Source: Thermoprotei archaeon (lineage in GTDB: Archaea; Thermoproteota; Thermoprotei; Thermoproteales; B15-G16). From it: a stretch of DNA of 64,000 nt. Every line of letters starts with the position of its first letter. The first letter of the stretch is position 1. The notes beneath the pieces are model-generated. The model ran no database searches and was not told the origin of the DNA. It worked only from the letters and a program-made list of their open reading frames with translations. This document shows positions 39,915-50,240 of the stretch, piece by piece. Location: contig QMRC01000006.1 of assembly GCA_003649205.1 (NCBI GenBank), positions 1 through 64,000 on the forward strand, written 5' to 3'. A program made the position numbers and the translations under genes.

Positions 39915-41891
39915 CTAGGCTTCAAAGATCACGGTACCAGTATCCCTATGCACCTTGTAACCCGAGTACTCCCTTATTAATTCTTTAAATGCGGAACTAC
40001 CCATGAACTCTACCACATTCCTAATGTATTTCTCGCTCATAGCTGATCTACTGATGACTAAGTCAAAAACCTCATCTGCTACGTACTTGAAGCCTAGACC
40101 ATACTTCTCAGCTACGTACCTTATACCGAATCCAACATCTGCTCTACCCTGTGCTATCGCAATTGCAACAGCTTCATGAGTAGTGAACTCTACGTGGAAT
40201 CCCTTAATCCTAGAAGCTAGTTCCTTAGGCTCCATACCTAGTTCCTCAGCTTCTTTACGTAGGATCTCCTCGATCAGTACTCTAGTACCGGAACCTCGAT
40301 TCCTATTTACAAATCTCAAACCCAAATCCACTATATCTCTGAATGAGCTCACCTTACCCGCCAGATCCCTTCTAAATATGAAACCTTGCTCCCTAACGTA
40401 ACCTCTAACGACAACGACATCACGTAGACCTAACCTACGTACGTACGGTACATTGAACTCCATAGTCTCCGGATCTAGGAGATGTGAACCAGCCACATCA
40501 CAGCCACCATGGAGAAGTGCTCTAAGACCTCCTAAACTACCTACGTAAATCAGCTTTACATTAGGACCTAGGACCTTTCTAAGGATCCTCTCAGCTAACG
40601 GACAGTGACTACCGATGTACAGTACGTCACTTATGCTAAGTTGCTGATTTATGAGAATTACGTCAACCAACGTACCGCGTTTAATGACTTCAGTACTCGG
40701 TTCAGTAAGGATAAAACCATCACAAGAGAGAAAGTGAGCTATCGAGCTACTCTTGATCGGTATTGGGTACGCAAGTAATTCATTTCCACGTCTACTCACT
40801 ACTACTGGCACTACACGTCTAAAACCAATTATTCCCCTCACTTCTGTTAGTAACCTAGCTCTCACAGTAGGTCCTTCTGAAGAGAATCTCGCACCAGCAA
40901 GCTTCATGAGAACTGGCTCAACAACTAGCCTATAGGCTATGTAGCATGATACTGGGAAACCTGGTAGACCAAAAACTACCTTATCACCTACCACAGCTAC
41001 AATAGTTGGCTTACCAGGTCTAAGCTTAACACCGTGAGCTACTATGCCTGGTTCATACTGACTTAGTACTCTGTAGGTTATGTCATCTACCCCTGCTGAA
41101 GTACCAGCAATGATGAGAACTGCATCCACTTCATCAAGTACTTCGTCTAAAACTGCTTTGAGCTTACTAACCTCATCAGGGACAATACCTTTGAGTACGT
41201 AAGTGAAACACCTCCTGCTAGTGAGTAATGAAGCTAGTAGGTAAGTATCTACATCGTATATACACCAAGATTCCAGCTCTGTTCCTGGAGGTCGAATTTC
41301 CCTACCTGTTGCTATGATAGCAACACGAACGCGCTGAAATACCTTAACCTTCCTGATACCTGTTGCAGCAAATAACGCTACATGTGCTGGAGTAATAACC
41401 GTACCTCTCTCAGCAAGTAGCTGCCCTCTGACAACGTCTGAAGCGGCAAAATCAATGTTCTCACCAGGTGCCACTCTACGGCGAATGAATACAGTATCGT
41501 TACTCACTTCATCACAATACTCAACAGGTACTACAGCATCTGCTGGGTACGGTATAGGTGCACCAGTTGCTACTTCAACACATTCACCTCTACTGAAGGT
41601 AGGTGGTTGAGAAGCAACACCAATACGAGCGATAACCCTCAGAGGTACAGGTCTATCCTCCTGCGCTCTCGCAACGTCAAGAGCACACACAGCATAACCA
41701 TCAACTAAACTCCTATCGAAGGGAGGTACATCAGAAGGGGCGTAGACATCTTCAGCTAGGACCCTACCAATGGCATCCTCAATAGGTACCTCCTCAATAC
41801 CCTTTGGAGATAACCTAACATACCTCTCCACTATATCGAGTACCTCTCTGTAATCAACTAACCTGTGGAAGACCTTCCTCGACATGACCAT
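39915..41891 (-). CDS. moeA: MoeA with C-terminal periplasmic-binding-like domain
   Basis: PPFDRSLVDGYA, RPGKP, GLPGFP, GSH, NRNRGSGTR. Confidence 0.93.
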   Translation of the reverse strand: MVMSRKVFHRLVDYREVLDIVERYVRLSPKGIEEVPIEDAIGRVLAEDVYAPSDVPPFDRSLVDGYAVCALDVARAQEDRPVPLRVIARIGVASQPPTFSRGECVEVATGAPIPYPADAVVPVEYCDEVSNDTVFIRRRVAPGENIDFAASDVVRGQLLAERGTVITPAHVALFAATGIRKVKVFQRVRVAIIATGREIRPPGTELESWCIYDVDTYLLASLLTSRRCFTYVLKGIVPDEVSKLKAVLDEVLDEVDAVLIIAGTSAGVDDITYRVLSQYEPGIVAHGVKLRPGKPTIVAVVGDKVVFGLPGFPVSCYIAYRLVVEPVLMKLAGARFSSEGPTVRARLLTEVRGIIGFRRVVPVVVSRRGNELLAYPIPIKSSSIAHFLSCDGFILTEPSTEVIKRGTLVDVILINQQLSISDVLYIGSHCPLAERILRKVLGPNVKLIYVGSLGGLRALLHGGCDVAGSHLLDPETMEFNVPYVRRLGLRDVVVVRGYVREQGFIFRRDLAGKVSSFRDIVDLGLRFVNRNRGSGTRVLIEEILRKEAEELGMEPKELASRIKGFHVEFTTHEAVAIAIAQGRADVGFGIRYVAEKYGLGFKYVADEVFDLVISRSAMSEKYIRNVVEFMGSSAFKELIREYSGYKVHRDTGTVIFEA

Positions 41892-43116
41892 AGAGAGTCA
41901 CCTCAACAACATCACCAACATCATAACCCTCAACATCTTCAGGAACAACGAGGTACCCATTACCTAGGACCAAGCTACGTAGTGACCCAGAACCACCGAC
42001 CATGATGGGCTCAATAAAGTACTCACTACTAATACGACGAACAATAACGCGAACAAAGCACCTATAACCAACAACACCAGCAACCTTCTTAACCAACTTA
42101 CCACGAACAACAGCTCTAGGAGGAGCTCTAACACCTAACCACTTGATTAAGATACTCCTCAAAATAAGCTCTAGAACAGCTAACGCAGCAACAGGTAGAC
42201 CACTCATAGCAATAACCAACCTACCATCAACAGAGCTGACACAGGTAGTCCTTCCAGGTCTAATAGCTAGTCCATGCACCATGTACTCAGGTTCAAGCAA
42301 CTTAATAGCCTTAACGCTGTAGTCCTTCCTACCTAGAGCAGTACCACCCACAATCAGCACCACGGAGTAATCACGAGAAATAAACTCTTTGACCTTACTA
42401 ACAATTATACTCGTGTCATCAGGTACTACACAGGTAGTAACCTCAGTAAACCAGTTCTCACGTAGCCAACCAACGATCAGCCACATGGTGTAAGGTATTG
42501 CTAGACTTCGAACAAACTCGTCACCAGTAATGACAACACCGCACTTAAGGTCGTAGACCTCAATTGAGGAAAGACCTTGTGAGGAGAGAGCAGCTAGGTG
42601 CCAAGGCCTAATGACATCACCTACACTTACTATGGTATCCCCAGTACTAAGCTCCTCCCCAACCAGAGACACATTACCGTACTTCGGAACACTGCGGTAC
42701 ACAGCAACAGTACCATCAGCAACCTCAACATCCTCAAGCCTAACAACAGCATCTGCACCACGAGGAAGGTAACCACCAGTCTCTATCAAGACACACTCAC
42801 CTTCACGAAGCTCAAAATTAGGAAGTTCACATGCGTGAACTACCTCATTACTCCTTAACTTAAGGTAGATGGGATTCACCTCACTAGCATGAGCAACATC
42901 ACTAGACCTAACAGCAACACCATCCATAGTAGCCTTTAGGTGGGGCGGTATAGGTTTGCTACAGGTAATCGTACAGCTAGACACCTTACCCAATGCATGT
43001 AGTAGATCTAGAGTACATGAAGGAGGTAAATGTAGATACTTCACAACTTCACTAACCACCTCATCAACTCTAGCGAATCTACCTAGTACCTCCACACCAA
43101 CCCCCCTACCTAACAA
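41854..43116 (-). CDS. moeA: Molybdopterin molybdotransferase MoeA paralog
   Basis: MDGVAV, TGGYLPRGADAVV, TGDE, RPGR, SGLPV. Confidence 0.9.
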   Translation of the reverse strand: MLGRGVGVEVLGRFARVDEVVSEVVKYLHLPPSCTLDLLHALGKVSSCTITCSKPIPPHLKATMDGVAVRSSDVAHASEVNPIYLKLRSNEVVHACELPNFELREGECVLIETGGYLPRGADAVVRLEDVEVADGTVAVYRSVPKYGNVSLVGEELSTGDTIVSVGDVIRPWHLAALSSQGLSSIEVYDLKCGVVITGDEFVRSLAIPYTMWLIVGWLRENWFTEVTTCVVPDDTSIIVSKVKEFISRDYSVVLIVGGTALGRKDYSVKAIKLLEPEYMVHGLAIRPGRTTCVSSVDGRLVIAMSGLPVAALAVLELILRSILIKWLGVRAPPRAVVRGKLVKKVAGVVGYRCFVRVIVRRISSEYFIEPIMVGGSGSLRSLVLGNGYLVVPEDVEGYDVGDVVEVTLYGHVEEGLPQVS

Positions 43117-43676
43117 TCCTCAATCCTCACACTACCTACAGGTCTCAACTCTAAAGCCTTTGGATTAGCTGGACATGAACGTACACAGTGACCACAGCCA
43201 ACACAACGACTCTGATCAATTACAGGACCTGAAGAACCTTTGGAAAAAGCGTTGAGAGGACAAACCTCAACACAGACAAAGCATTCACCACCTCTAAAGG
43301 CAATACACCTCTCTGGAAACCACACAACACTACCCAACTTAACTCTCGAGCTAATCTGCTTGAGAGCACCAGTTGGGCATGCAGAAGTACAGGGATATGG
43401 AGGAGAACAAACACCAATCGATATACCACAGAAACCTCTAGCTACATCGAGTTTGGGTGTCCTCCATATTTTCAAACCATCTCGTAATGACGTGAAGGTC
43501 AGGACCCCAGTTCCATACACCTTACAGGCCTCAATGCAGTGGCCACAGCCAATACATAACTTGAGAAATTTATCCTCTACAACAGCGCCTGGAGGTCTAA
43601 TGACCGGTTTGCAGGGAAATAGCTTACCAATTGCTCGAACAATCCTGATGAGAACTCTCATAGCTATGGAAGACAT
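43110..43676 (-). CDS. NapG/MauM-like polyferredoxin
   Basis: RPPGA, multiple CxxCxxCxxxCP motifs. Confidence 0.85.
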   Translation of the reverse strand: MSSIAMRVLIRIVRAIGKLFPCKPVIRPPGAVVEDKFLKLCIGCGHCIEACKVYGTGVLTFTSLRDGLKIWRTPKLDVARGFCGISIGVCSPPYPCTSACPTGALKQISSRVKLGSVVWFPERCIAFRGGECFVCVEVCPLNAFSKGSSGPVIDQSRCVGCGHCVRSCPANPKALELRPVGSVRIEDC

Positions 43677-44602
43677 AGGTCAATTACCTCGATCTCATCT
43701 ACATTACATGTACCCACTCCTCTCTCAGCAGCATACTTAATGTGCTTAACCTCTAATGCCTTCTCTAGCGGGTTGGCACATCCCTCTAATTCGAAGAGAT
43801 ACGTAGCAGCTATCAAATCTGCCGCAACAGGATCACCAGACACAAAGATAGTATTCGCTTTGACGAGATTACCGTGCTGTGGTCCGTGACGTATCATGAC
43901 TTCAGTAGCATCAATGACGACTAGATCAGGTCTAATAGCTGTATTCAGATCTGCAATGCAGCTACTGAGACCAGCTAAGTGGAAGAGAGATTTCTCACTA
44001 TCCGGTATAGCCCCCATCATGTTCTTCAGCGATATTGTGACTGTTGCCTCGACATGTCTCTTGAGCTTTGGTACTGATATCAGTACGTCACAGTCGTAGA
44101 CCTCCTTATACACTTTAACACTCCTCAACGCACCCCCTCTCGTAGACACCTTAATTGGGTGACCAGATCTCTTCAGGTCAATTAGCTCAACACCTAACTC
44201 CTTAGCTAGCTCATGGTAACCACATAGCTTGAAACAAAGTGAAGTATCTAGACCACTTACAGCGCTCTCTGCAATGACTATATTAACATCGCTAACCTCG
44301 CTCTTTATCAACTCAATCAAAGCCCTAACAACTGCTGGATTAGTCACAGCATCCAACTTAGCGAAACCAACATTTGGTTTAATGACAACTCTATCACCAG
44401 ACCTAATTAACTTAGATAAACCACCAAGAACCTCAAAACAGGACCTCAAACCGCTTCTGATATCAGTACTACGGACCTTAGCAACTAGAACCCTTCCATC
44501 CCTAATGTAGGGATTTAACCTACCTACTCTCGGTGGAAGAACAGTAGACCCACTAACCCTAACGTAATTCAGTACCTTTCTCAGAAAGTAACCACAACAC
44601 AC
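43664..44602 (-). CDS. DUF362 family protein
   Basis: IKPN, PKLKRH, LKNMMG, D.VA.D. Confidence 0.88.
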   Translation of the reverse strand: MCCGYFLRKVLNYVRVSGSTVLPPRVGRLNPYIRDGRVLVAKVRSTDIRSGLRSCFEVLGGLSKLIRSGDRVVIKPNVGFAKLDAVTNPAVVRALIELIKSEVSDVNIVIAESAVSGLDTSLCFKLCGYHELAKELGVELIDLKRSGHPIKVSTRGGALRSVKVYKEVYDCDVLISVPKLKRHVEATVTISLKNMMGAIPDSEKSLFHLAGLSSCIADLNTAIRPDLVVIDATEVMIRHGPQHGNLVKANTIFVSGDPVAADLIAATYLFELEGCANPLEKALEVKHIKYAAERGVGTCNVDEIEVIDLCLP

Positions 44603-44749
44603 AACAAAACACCACTCAAAAATGATACAGCACTAACAACTCAATAACTTATCGACTTAGTAAATCAGTAATCAGAGCCCCATATCGAGAGTAAAACTCA
44701 ACATACTCATCGAGAGTACGGCAGAATGGCAGCAGTGGCTTCTCAACAT

Positions 44750-45170
44750 AACAGCTATTAAAGCTGTAGACGATACTTAAGGGCATCCAGATTTAGGACG
44801 CAATTCAGACTTAAGGCCGTGAATAAATCCATCAATGACCTTAACACATTCCGTATATGTAGTACATACGCCAAGGCCTTGTCACTACGTACCCAACCCT
44901 CCAATAGTCAGTACCGAAGAACAGAACCCTACCATCAACACCACGAAGCACAGTAACAACAGGAATACCCAACGTAAATTCTTCTGTAATCTTGGATGAG
45001 GTTCAAGTACTAAGAAAACAGCACAACACCACCAATGTAGGTACCTTAAGCGATTTCAGAATAGACCTTGATTAACGGCACTTACACTACGTGAAGACCA
45101 CGTAATGAGGTCTACACCAAGTTCTTTAGCAATTTTCATAGCACCTAACTCAATAAACTTTAGATACACT
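44750..45170 (-). pseudogene. Possible decayed gene remnant in an ~800 bp ORF-free gap
   Basis: Short protein-like fragments in different frames (KIAKELGVDLI; IPVVTVLRGVDGRVLFFGTD; ECVKVIDGFIHG). Confidence 0.25.
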
Positions 45171-45422
45171 CACGTGAAGTACTGATTTGACAAGTGGTGA
45201 CAAGTCTCTACTCTCTGCTAATGTGCTTGAGAATTTTGAGGAGCACTATGAGTAGGATCACTGATCATTAATGTAGTTGGTTTTAGTTTCCTCATGTACC
45301 CTCAATCCGCGAAGGTACGTACTATCGTGCCTATCCTTAGCGTTGCACCATTACCCAATATGAGCGATAACTTAATTTGTAGGATCTCTAGAGCACGTGT
45401 TTTCGTCTATTTAGGGTAGGTA

Positions 45423-46763
45423 GTGCACTTTATGAGATTTGGAGAGAAGCTAGGTGCGCTCTTAATGGTTGAAGCTGCATTTGCTGGAGCATACGTTAGC
45501 ATTACTCGTGGTTTCTTCTACTTGATGATGGTTGAACGTGGTTATAGTGTTAGGGATCTAGCTGTAGTTAGCCTAGTGGCTTCACTATCTATGGTGCTTG
45601 TGAGCTACCTACTGTACAGGAGACCTGAGCTACTTGAGAGAAGCGTCAAGGTTAAACTCCTCACCATGCACATACTCGAGAGAATTTTCTGGTGCATTCT
45701 ACCATTCATAGTGTTTAGATTTAGCTACATGTTTATCCTCCTAGCTTACTCACTAGCACAGGTCATTACTGTACCTGTGTGCGTGCTGCTGAATACTGTG
45801 TTACTCTCTCAGCTAAGTGAGGACGAGTTCAAGAGCGTTACTGGGTGGAGGAATTCCCTTGGCCTAATCTCGTCATTAAGTGCTCAGCTATTGGCGGTCC
45901 ACGTGTTAGCATCTATGAGGAGTCCAGTACGGTACTACTACCTTTACACAATTGCTCTACTCCTTGGCTTCCTCTCATGGATTCCACTTACTATTGCTAG
46001 AGTTAGGGACTATGTGAGGAAGGTTAGTGGTTACTCTAGTGAGGAGGTTGAGGTTATTGCTGGTACTACGTTCATATACTTGGTCCTTCTACTTGGATCA
46101 GCTAACATGCTCAGCATCCTCTGGGTACCATATCTGGTGAATGACCTAGGTGCACCGAGCTACCTAGTAGCTATCATGAACGCTGCTGGTACGATCTCTG
46201 GTTCCATATCGTCAGTTCTCTGGATTAGAGTTGTGTACAGGTACTATCTCTGTGGACTAGTTATTGACTCAGCTGTACCAACCTTAGTCATGACATTACC
46301 ACCAATATTCCATCCAGCTCTAGCTGGGCTCTCAGCTTTTGGCTTTACAGCAGGTAACTTCATTGGCTACTTCATGTACTCGAAGATAGCGGAGAAAAGC
46401 GACCCCATAAAGAACTCCACTAGGTTAGCTGCTGCTAATGCACTGGGTCTCCTAATATCATTGATACCAGTTGCTATCTTGAATTTGAGCGCTAGGGATG
46501 GACTAATTCTCTGTAGTTGCTTGAAGGTACTAGCTCTCGTAATTGCTCTGCTGAGTATTAAGGAAGTATCGCCACTTCCTGATCCACGTATCAGGACTTA
46601 TAGTAAGGTAATCTTCGAGACAGGTATGTTCTCATACAGGTTAACGCTCGAATTCACTACTCACTACGTACTATATACCTTGAAGATAGTAGCTGTTGTC
46701 CTTATAATGCTCTTCATGTACTTCATCTACAGGACAGTTACCATACTGATTAGTGGTGCGTAG
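45423..46763 (+). CDS. MFS-like multi-pass membrane protein
   Basis: About 12 hydrophobic segments. Confidence 0.7.
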   Translation: MHFMRFGEKLGALLMVEAAFAGAYVSITRGFFYLMMVERGYSVRDLAVVSLVASLSMVLVSYLLYRRPELLERSVKVKLLTMHILERIFWCILPFIVFRFSYMFILLAYSLAQVITVPVCVLLNTVLLSQLSEDEFKSVTGWRNSLGLISSLSAQLLAVHVLASMRSPVRYYYLYTIALLLGFLSWIPLTIARVRDYVRKVSGYSSEEVEVIAGTTFIYLVLLLGSANMLSILWVPYLVNDLGAPSYLVAIMNAAGTISGSISSVLWIRVVYRYYLCGLVIDSAVPTLVMTLPPIFHPALAGLSAFGFTAGNFIGYFMYSKIAEKSDPIKNSTRLAAANALGLLISLIPVAILNLSARDGLILCSCLKVLALVIALLSIKEVSPLPDPRIRTYSKVIFETGMFSYRLTLEFTTHYVLYTLKIVAVVLIMLFMYFIYRTVTILISGA

Positions 46764-47424
46764 TATGGAGTTATTGAACATGAGCAATGGCGAGGTAGCA
46801 TTTGAGAGAATAATTCAAGCATTTAAGTTGGCACTAAATGAATTGATAGCACTGGTACCTGTAGTACTAGCATCTGTCCTCATAGTTGCACTCATGCTAG
46901 TAATTGCTAAGTACGTAGGTTCTCTTGTCAAGAGGATACTGAAGGTAGTTGGTCTAGATAGGATACTTGAGAGGTACGTAGGTACACCACCGATATCTGT
47001 CGAGAACTTCATCGTCGTATTCATACAGCTGGGCTTCGTAATACTTGGCGTAACAATATCCGTGACAGTATTCGCACCTGAGTACCTAGCTACCTACAAC
47101 ATGTACCTATCCTATATACTGAGGTTGATGTCGGCTGTAGCACTCATAATAATAACGCTCTTCTGGATAGAGGTACTAGTGAATAAGATTCGTGGTGAGA
47201 GCAAGGTAAAGGCATTTGCCTCACTAATAGCCTTCCTCCTAATACTCACCTTCATAATCGACGTAACAGCACTATCTGAAAGCGTTAAGTCATCACTCGT
47301 ATTCGGAATATCCCTTGGACTTGGATTGACAATAGGAGTATTCTCCATATGGTACTTCATGCATGAATACCTTGAGCACTACATCAGCAGAAAGCATGGA
47401 GAGAAAGAGGTCAGACAAGGCTGA
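46753..47424 (+). CDS. Membrane protein with MscS-associated TM-helix-like region; 3' end overlaps attL
   Basis: Multiple TMs, KRILKVVGLD; its stop codon is the last 3 nt of the 17-bp repeat. Confidence 0.7.
   Translation: MVRSMELLNMSNGEVAFERIIQAFKLALNELIALVPVVLASVLIVALMLVIAKYVGSLVKRILKVVGLDRILERYVGTPPISVENFIVVFIQLGFVILGVTISVTVFAPEYLATYNMYLSYILRLMSAVALIIITLFWIEVLVNKIRGESKVKAFASLIAFLLILTFIIDVTALSESVKSSLVFGISLGLGLTIGVFSIWYFMHEYLEHYISRKHGEKEVRQG
47408..47424 (+). repeat. attL direct repeat AGGTCAGACAAGGCTGA
   Basis: Identical to 58195-58211; 10 nt upstream of the integrase ATG. Confidence 0.92.
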
Positions 47425-47434
47425 TTGAGTTCTC

Positions 47435-48598
47435 ATGGAAGAAATCACACCTGATAGCCCTATCTATCAGGTGAGAATAGGTCTCAATTCGATGGAGTTG
47501 CTGAAGCACTTTGAGAGTTGGTTAATTGCTCAGAACCTGTCCGTGGCTACGGTTAGGTCTCATGTTAGACAGGTTAGGTCTTTCCTCACGTGGTTTGGTA
47601 GGTCTATCGAGGATTTGAGTAGTTTCGATATTGCGTGTTACCTAGCTGAGTGCCGTAAGCGTGGTCTATCTGAGGCTAGTGTGAATCGCTATGCTTCTGC
47701 TCTCAAGAAATTCCTGAGGTTCCTAGCTAGTTACTTCAGAGCTAGGAGAAGGGTTGAGTTAGCTAATTACTTTGAGCAGGTGTACCGTGAGGTCAAGGTA
47801 CCTAAGTACGACCTAGTTGAGGTCAGCATTAAGCGACACATGGAGCCTGATACAGCGAGGAAAGTCATAGACTTAATTCATGACCCCTACTGGAAGTGCT
47901 TTTTCGCTGTGCTGTATGAGACAGGTCTGAGGTTGAGGGAGCTTAGACAGGTCAAGGTAAGTGATGTTCACGAGAACAAGCACGGGTTCGAGATAGTTGT
48001 CAGAGATAGCAAGACACCTGAGGGAGTTAGGAAAGTGTACGTGGTTGAGTACTATCAGCTACTGAGGTACTACCTAGAGCATGTACGTCCGAGAGATAGC
48101 GAGTGGTTGTTCCCTGCTAGGAGAGACCCAAGGCAACCAATCTCCGAGAAAGCAATCTACAGCTTTCTAAACCGCTTCAGAAAGCGGACAGGTATCGTGA
48201 TTAGTCCACACCGCTTTAGACACGCTAGAGCTACTGAGCTTTACCGCAAGGGAGTATCTGAGCAGTCGTTAATGAGGTTGTTTGGTTGGAGGACAAGGAC
48301 AATGATTGATGTCTACAGTAAGCTTTCACAGCGAGATGTGGAGTCTGAGCTACTGAGCAAGGTCTACGGGCTATCCCCTGTAGAGAGTGAGAGGTCTCAG
48401 ACTCGTAAGTGCCCGAGGTGTGGTGCTGAGGTAATACCCACAGCTAGGTACTGTCCATACTGTGGTCTAGCCCTAGATATTGCGTCAGTATTAGGCAAAG
48501 AGGAACAGGTACGGAAATACGCAGAGCTCATTGAAGCACTGCTGAGGTACCTAGAGGAACACCCAGAGTACCTGTCGAAACTATTCTCAAGGACTTAA
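47435..48598 (+). CDS. Tyrosine integrase with N-terminal SAM-like domain and C-terminal zinc ribbon
   Basis: ETGLR (R), DSKT (K), HRFRH, FGW, VYS (Y); CPRC/CPYC; not split by integration. Confidence 0.95.
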   Translation: MEEITPDSPIYQVRIGLNSMELLKHFESWLIAQNLSVATVRSHVRQVRSFLTWFGRSIEDLSSFDIACYLAECRKRGLSEASVNRYASALKKFLRFLASYFRARRRVELANYFEQVYREVKVPKYDLVEVSIKRHMEPDTARKVIDLIHDPYWKCFFAVLYETGLRLRELRQVKVSDVHENKHGFEIVVRDSKTPEGVRKVYVVEYYQLLRYYLEHVRPRDSEWLFPARRDPRQPISEKAIYSFLNRFRKRTGIVISPHRFRHARATELYRKGVSEQSLMRLFGWRTRTMIDVYSKLSQRDVESELLSKVYGLSPVESERSQTRKCPRCGAEVIPTARYCPYCGLALDIASVLGKEEQVRKYAELIEALLRYLEEHPEYLSKLFSRT

Positions 48599-48741
48599 AA
48601 GCGGACATGAAACACAGGCAGAGAACACCAAGACCCGCCCTATAGTCCAGAGGAAATGTTGCCTGAATTCAACAATAGTCTAATATGCGTATACGTGTGA
48701 GTGAACAGCGAGCGAGGTAATACACCACTTGAGGATGAATA

Positions 48742-48834
48742 GGGGCTCCTCGGGGGATGATGAAGGGCTTAGCGGAGCGACCCCGCAAGGGGGTATGGCT
48801 GGACCAGGCTAGCTGACCCCTACCCCCTCGCCCC
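48742..48834 (-). ncRNA. Provirus-encoded 93-nt structured RNA with a K-turn
   Basis: Very GC-rich; 5' GGGGC pairs 3' GCCCC; GGGGC-GA-GGGGG / CCCCC-GAG-GA-GCCCC fits the K-turn consensus; GAAACTTAAATA promoter ~25 nt upstream. Confidence 0.65.
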
Positions 48835-48870
48835 GTGATAATGGGTTATTATCACCAATATTTAAGTTTC
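48835..48870 (-). promoter_or_regulatory. TATA/BRE plus palindromic operator GTGATAAT-N5-ATTATCAC
   Basis: Perfect 8-bp inverted repeat 48835-48855 between TATA (48859-48865) and predicted TSS. Confidence 0.55.
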
Positions 48871-48942
48871 TATGCAATTACAGTGAAATTACCATGGTTA
48901 CTTTCTCGTGAGGGGGTTTAAGAACCCTTGATACGTCTTTGC

Positions 48943-49290
48943 TTAGCCTTTCTTTCTGATTAGTCCTCCTATTGCTCCTCCTATCATTGATAGGAATGCT
49001 GAGGCTAGCATCATGAATATTATTGCTAACCCTGCTAACCCACCTGCCCATGCTCCTAGGAATCCAGCTACTGAGAAGCCTAGTACTGTCAGCACTATTG
49101 CTGCTAGTATTCCTCCAATGATTCCACTGAGGAACCCTGCTGCTGCTCCTCTACCTGCTCCTCCTCCAGCTACTAGACCTGCTATGAAGCCTCCAAGTAC
49201 TGGTGCGAAGATGTGTAGTATGGGTGAGAGTACGGCTGTAGCTAACATACCTGCAAAGACACCAGCTATGAAACTCAGTACACGACCCAT
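48943..49290 (-). CDS. Gly-rich membrane protein (DUF5518-like)
   Basis: PVLGGFIAG, GAAAGFLSG, IGGAIGG. Confidence 0.75.
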   Translation of the reverse strand: MGRVLSFIAGVFAGMLATAVLSPILHIFAPVLGGFIAGLVAGGGAGRGAAAGFLSGIIGGILAAIVLTVLGFSVAGFLGAWAGGLAGLAIIFMMLASAFLSMIGGAIGGLIRKKG

Positions 49291-49560
49291 GTAGGGAAAA
49301 CCCCGAGGAAACCAGATACAGAGAGGACATAAAGCAGTTCAGAACATAGAGAGCAATGAACCTAGCAACCTCAGAGGACAGAAAACAAGAACGCTCCTCC
49401 GGTCGGTGATGAATACTTGTACTTTTCTCTCGGTGACTTTCCTCAAGGCACTAAATAAGAAATTGCTCTACTCTACAGTGGTATGGATTCTGAGGATTTT
49501 TGGATTGGTTTTCTCCTTGGTTACAGTACTGGTCTTATTCATGCGAAAAACTTAACAACT

Positions 49561-49944
49561 TCAGAACTTGTCTTCAGGCTCATTTCCTGTTCCTTCATGC
49601 TCAGTGAGTTGTTGGGTACTAGACTTAATGAGTTCTTCAGCTCTTTGGAGAAGTTCAGCGACTTCACGACCCTTCTCAGTGAGCTCAATGTACCTAAGAC
49701 CGTGCTTGGTATACGTCCTAACAAGACCGTACTGAAGACAGGTACTGAGGGCTCTGTAAGTACTGACAGGTGAGATACCGTATCTCTGAAGTTCTCTAAT
49801 GTGCATAGCTCTACCTGTTTTGTGAAGAATTAGCAGCAATTTAATTCCCGGTCTACCTAAGTCATCAGCTAGAGCTGACATTTTCCTCTGTCGTTTTCTG
49901 GTGATAAACCTAATAACGATATCTTCGAGCATTCGTAACCTCAT
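49561..49944 (-). CDS. Winged-HTH regulator (MarR/SSV1 F93-like); likely start ~49881
   Basis: STYRALSTCLQYGLV...IELTEKGREVAELL. Confidence 0.8.
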   Translation of the reverse strand: MRLRMLEDIVIRFITRKRQRKMSALADDLGRPGIKLLLILHKTGRAMHIRELQRYGISPVSTYRALSTCLQYGLVRTYTKHGLRYIELTEKGREVAELLQRAEELIKSSTQQLTEHEGTGNEPEDKF

Positions 49945-49975
49945 TCTCAGTCTATACCCGATTTAGAGGTATCAC

Positions 49976-50039
49976 GTAATAATATTACAACGCTATATCT
50001 CGAAACTGATAAATTGTTATAACGTTACAGAGTTGTAAC
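49976..50039. promoter_or_regulatory. Divergent control region with three palindromes
   Basis: GTAATAATATTAC (49976-88), GTTATAAC (50016-23), GTTACA-N4-TGTAAC (50024-39) between divergent wHTH and RHH genes. Confidence 0.55.
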
Positions 50040-50042
50040 AGG

Positions 50043-50240
50043 GTGAGAGAGGTGCCTAAGAGTAAGGTGCCTATGGTCTTGGTTACCTTCCATATCCCGA
50101 TACCACTCCTTAGAGAACTTGACAGGTTGGTGGAGGAGGGTAAGTTCCCGAGCAGGAGCGAGGCGATAAGGCACGCAATAATCCAACTCCTAGCTCGTGA
50201 GCGTCAAAGAACACAAATACACGAGGTGTTGGTAGCGTGA
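50043..50240 (+). CDS. Ribbon-helix-helix (CopG-like) regulator
   Basis: VTFHIP..LLRELDRLVEEGKFPSRSEAIRHAI. Confidence 0.9.
   Translation: MREVPKSKVPMVLVTFHIPIPLLRELDRLVEEGKFPSRSEAIRHAIIQLLARERQRTQIHEVLVA

Noticed and set aside
48742-48834. tRNA gene or plus-strand C/D sRNA
   Set aside because: No T-arm (TTCRA) or cloverleaf; ATGATGA and CTGA on the plus strand lack D'/C' boxes at guide spacing.
49013-49294. Pro/Ala-rich plus-strand ORF
   Set aside because: Antisense shadow of the Gly-rich membrane protein.
49483-49773. 96-aa plus-strand ORF
   Set aside because: Mostly antisense to a convincing wHTH gene; no recognisable motif.
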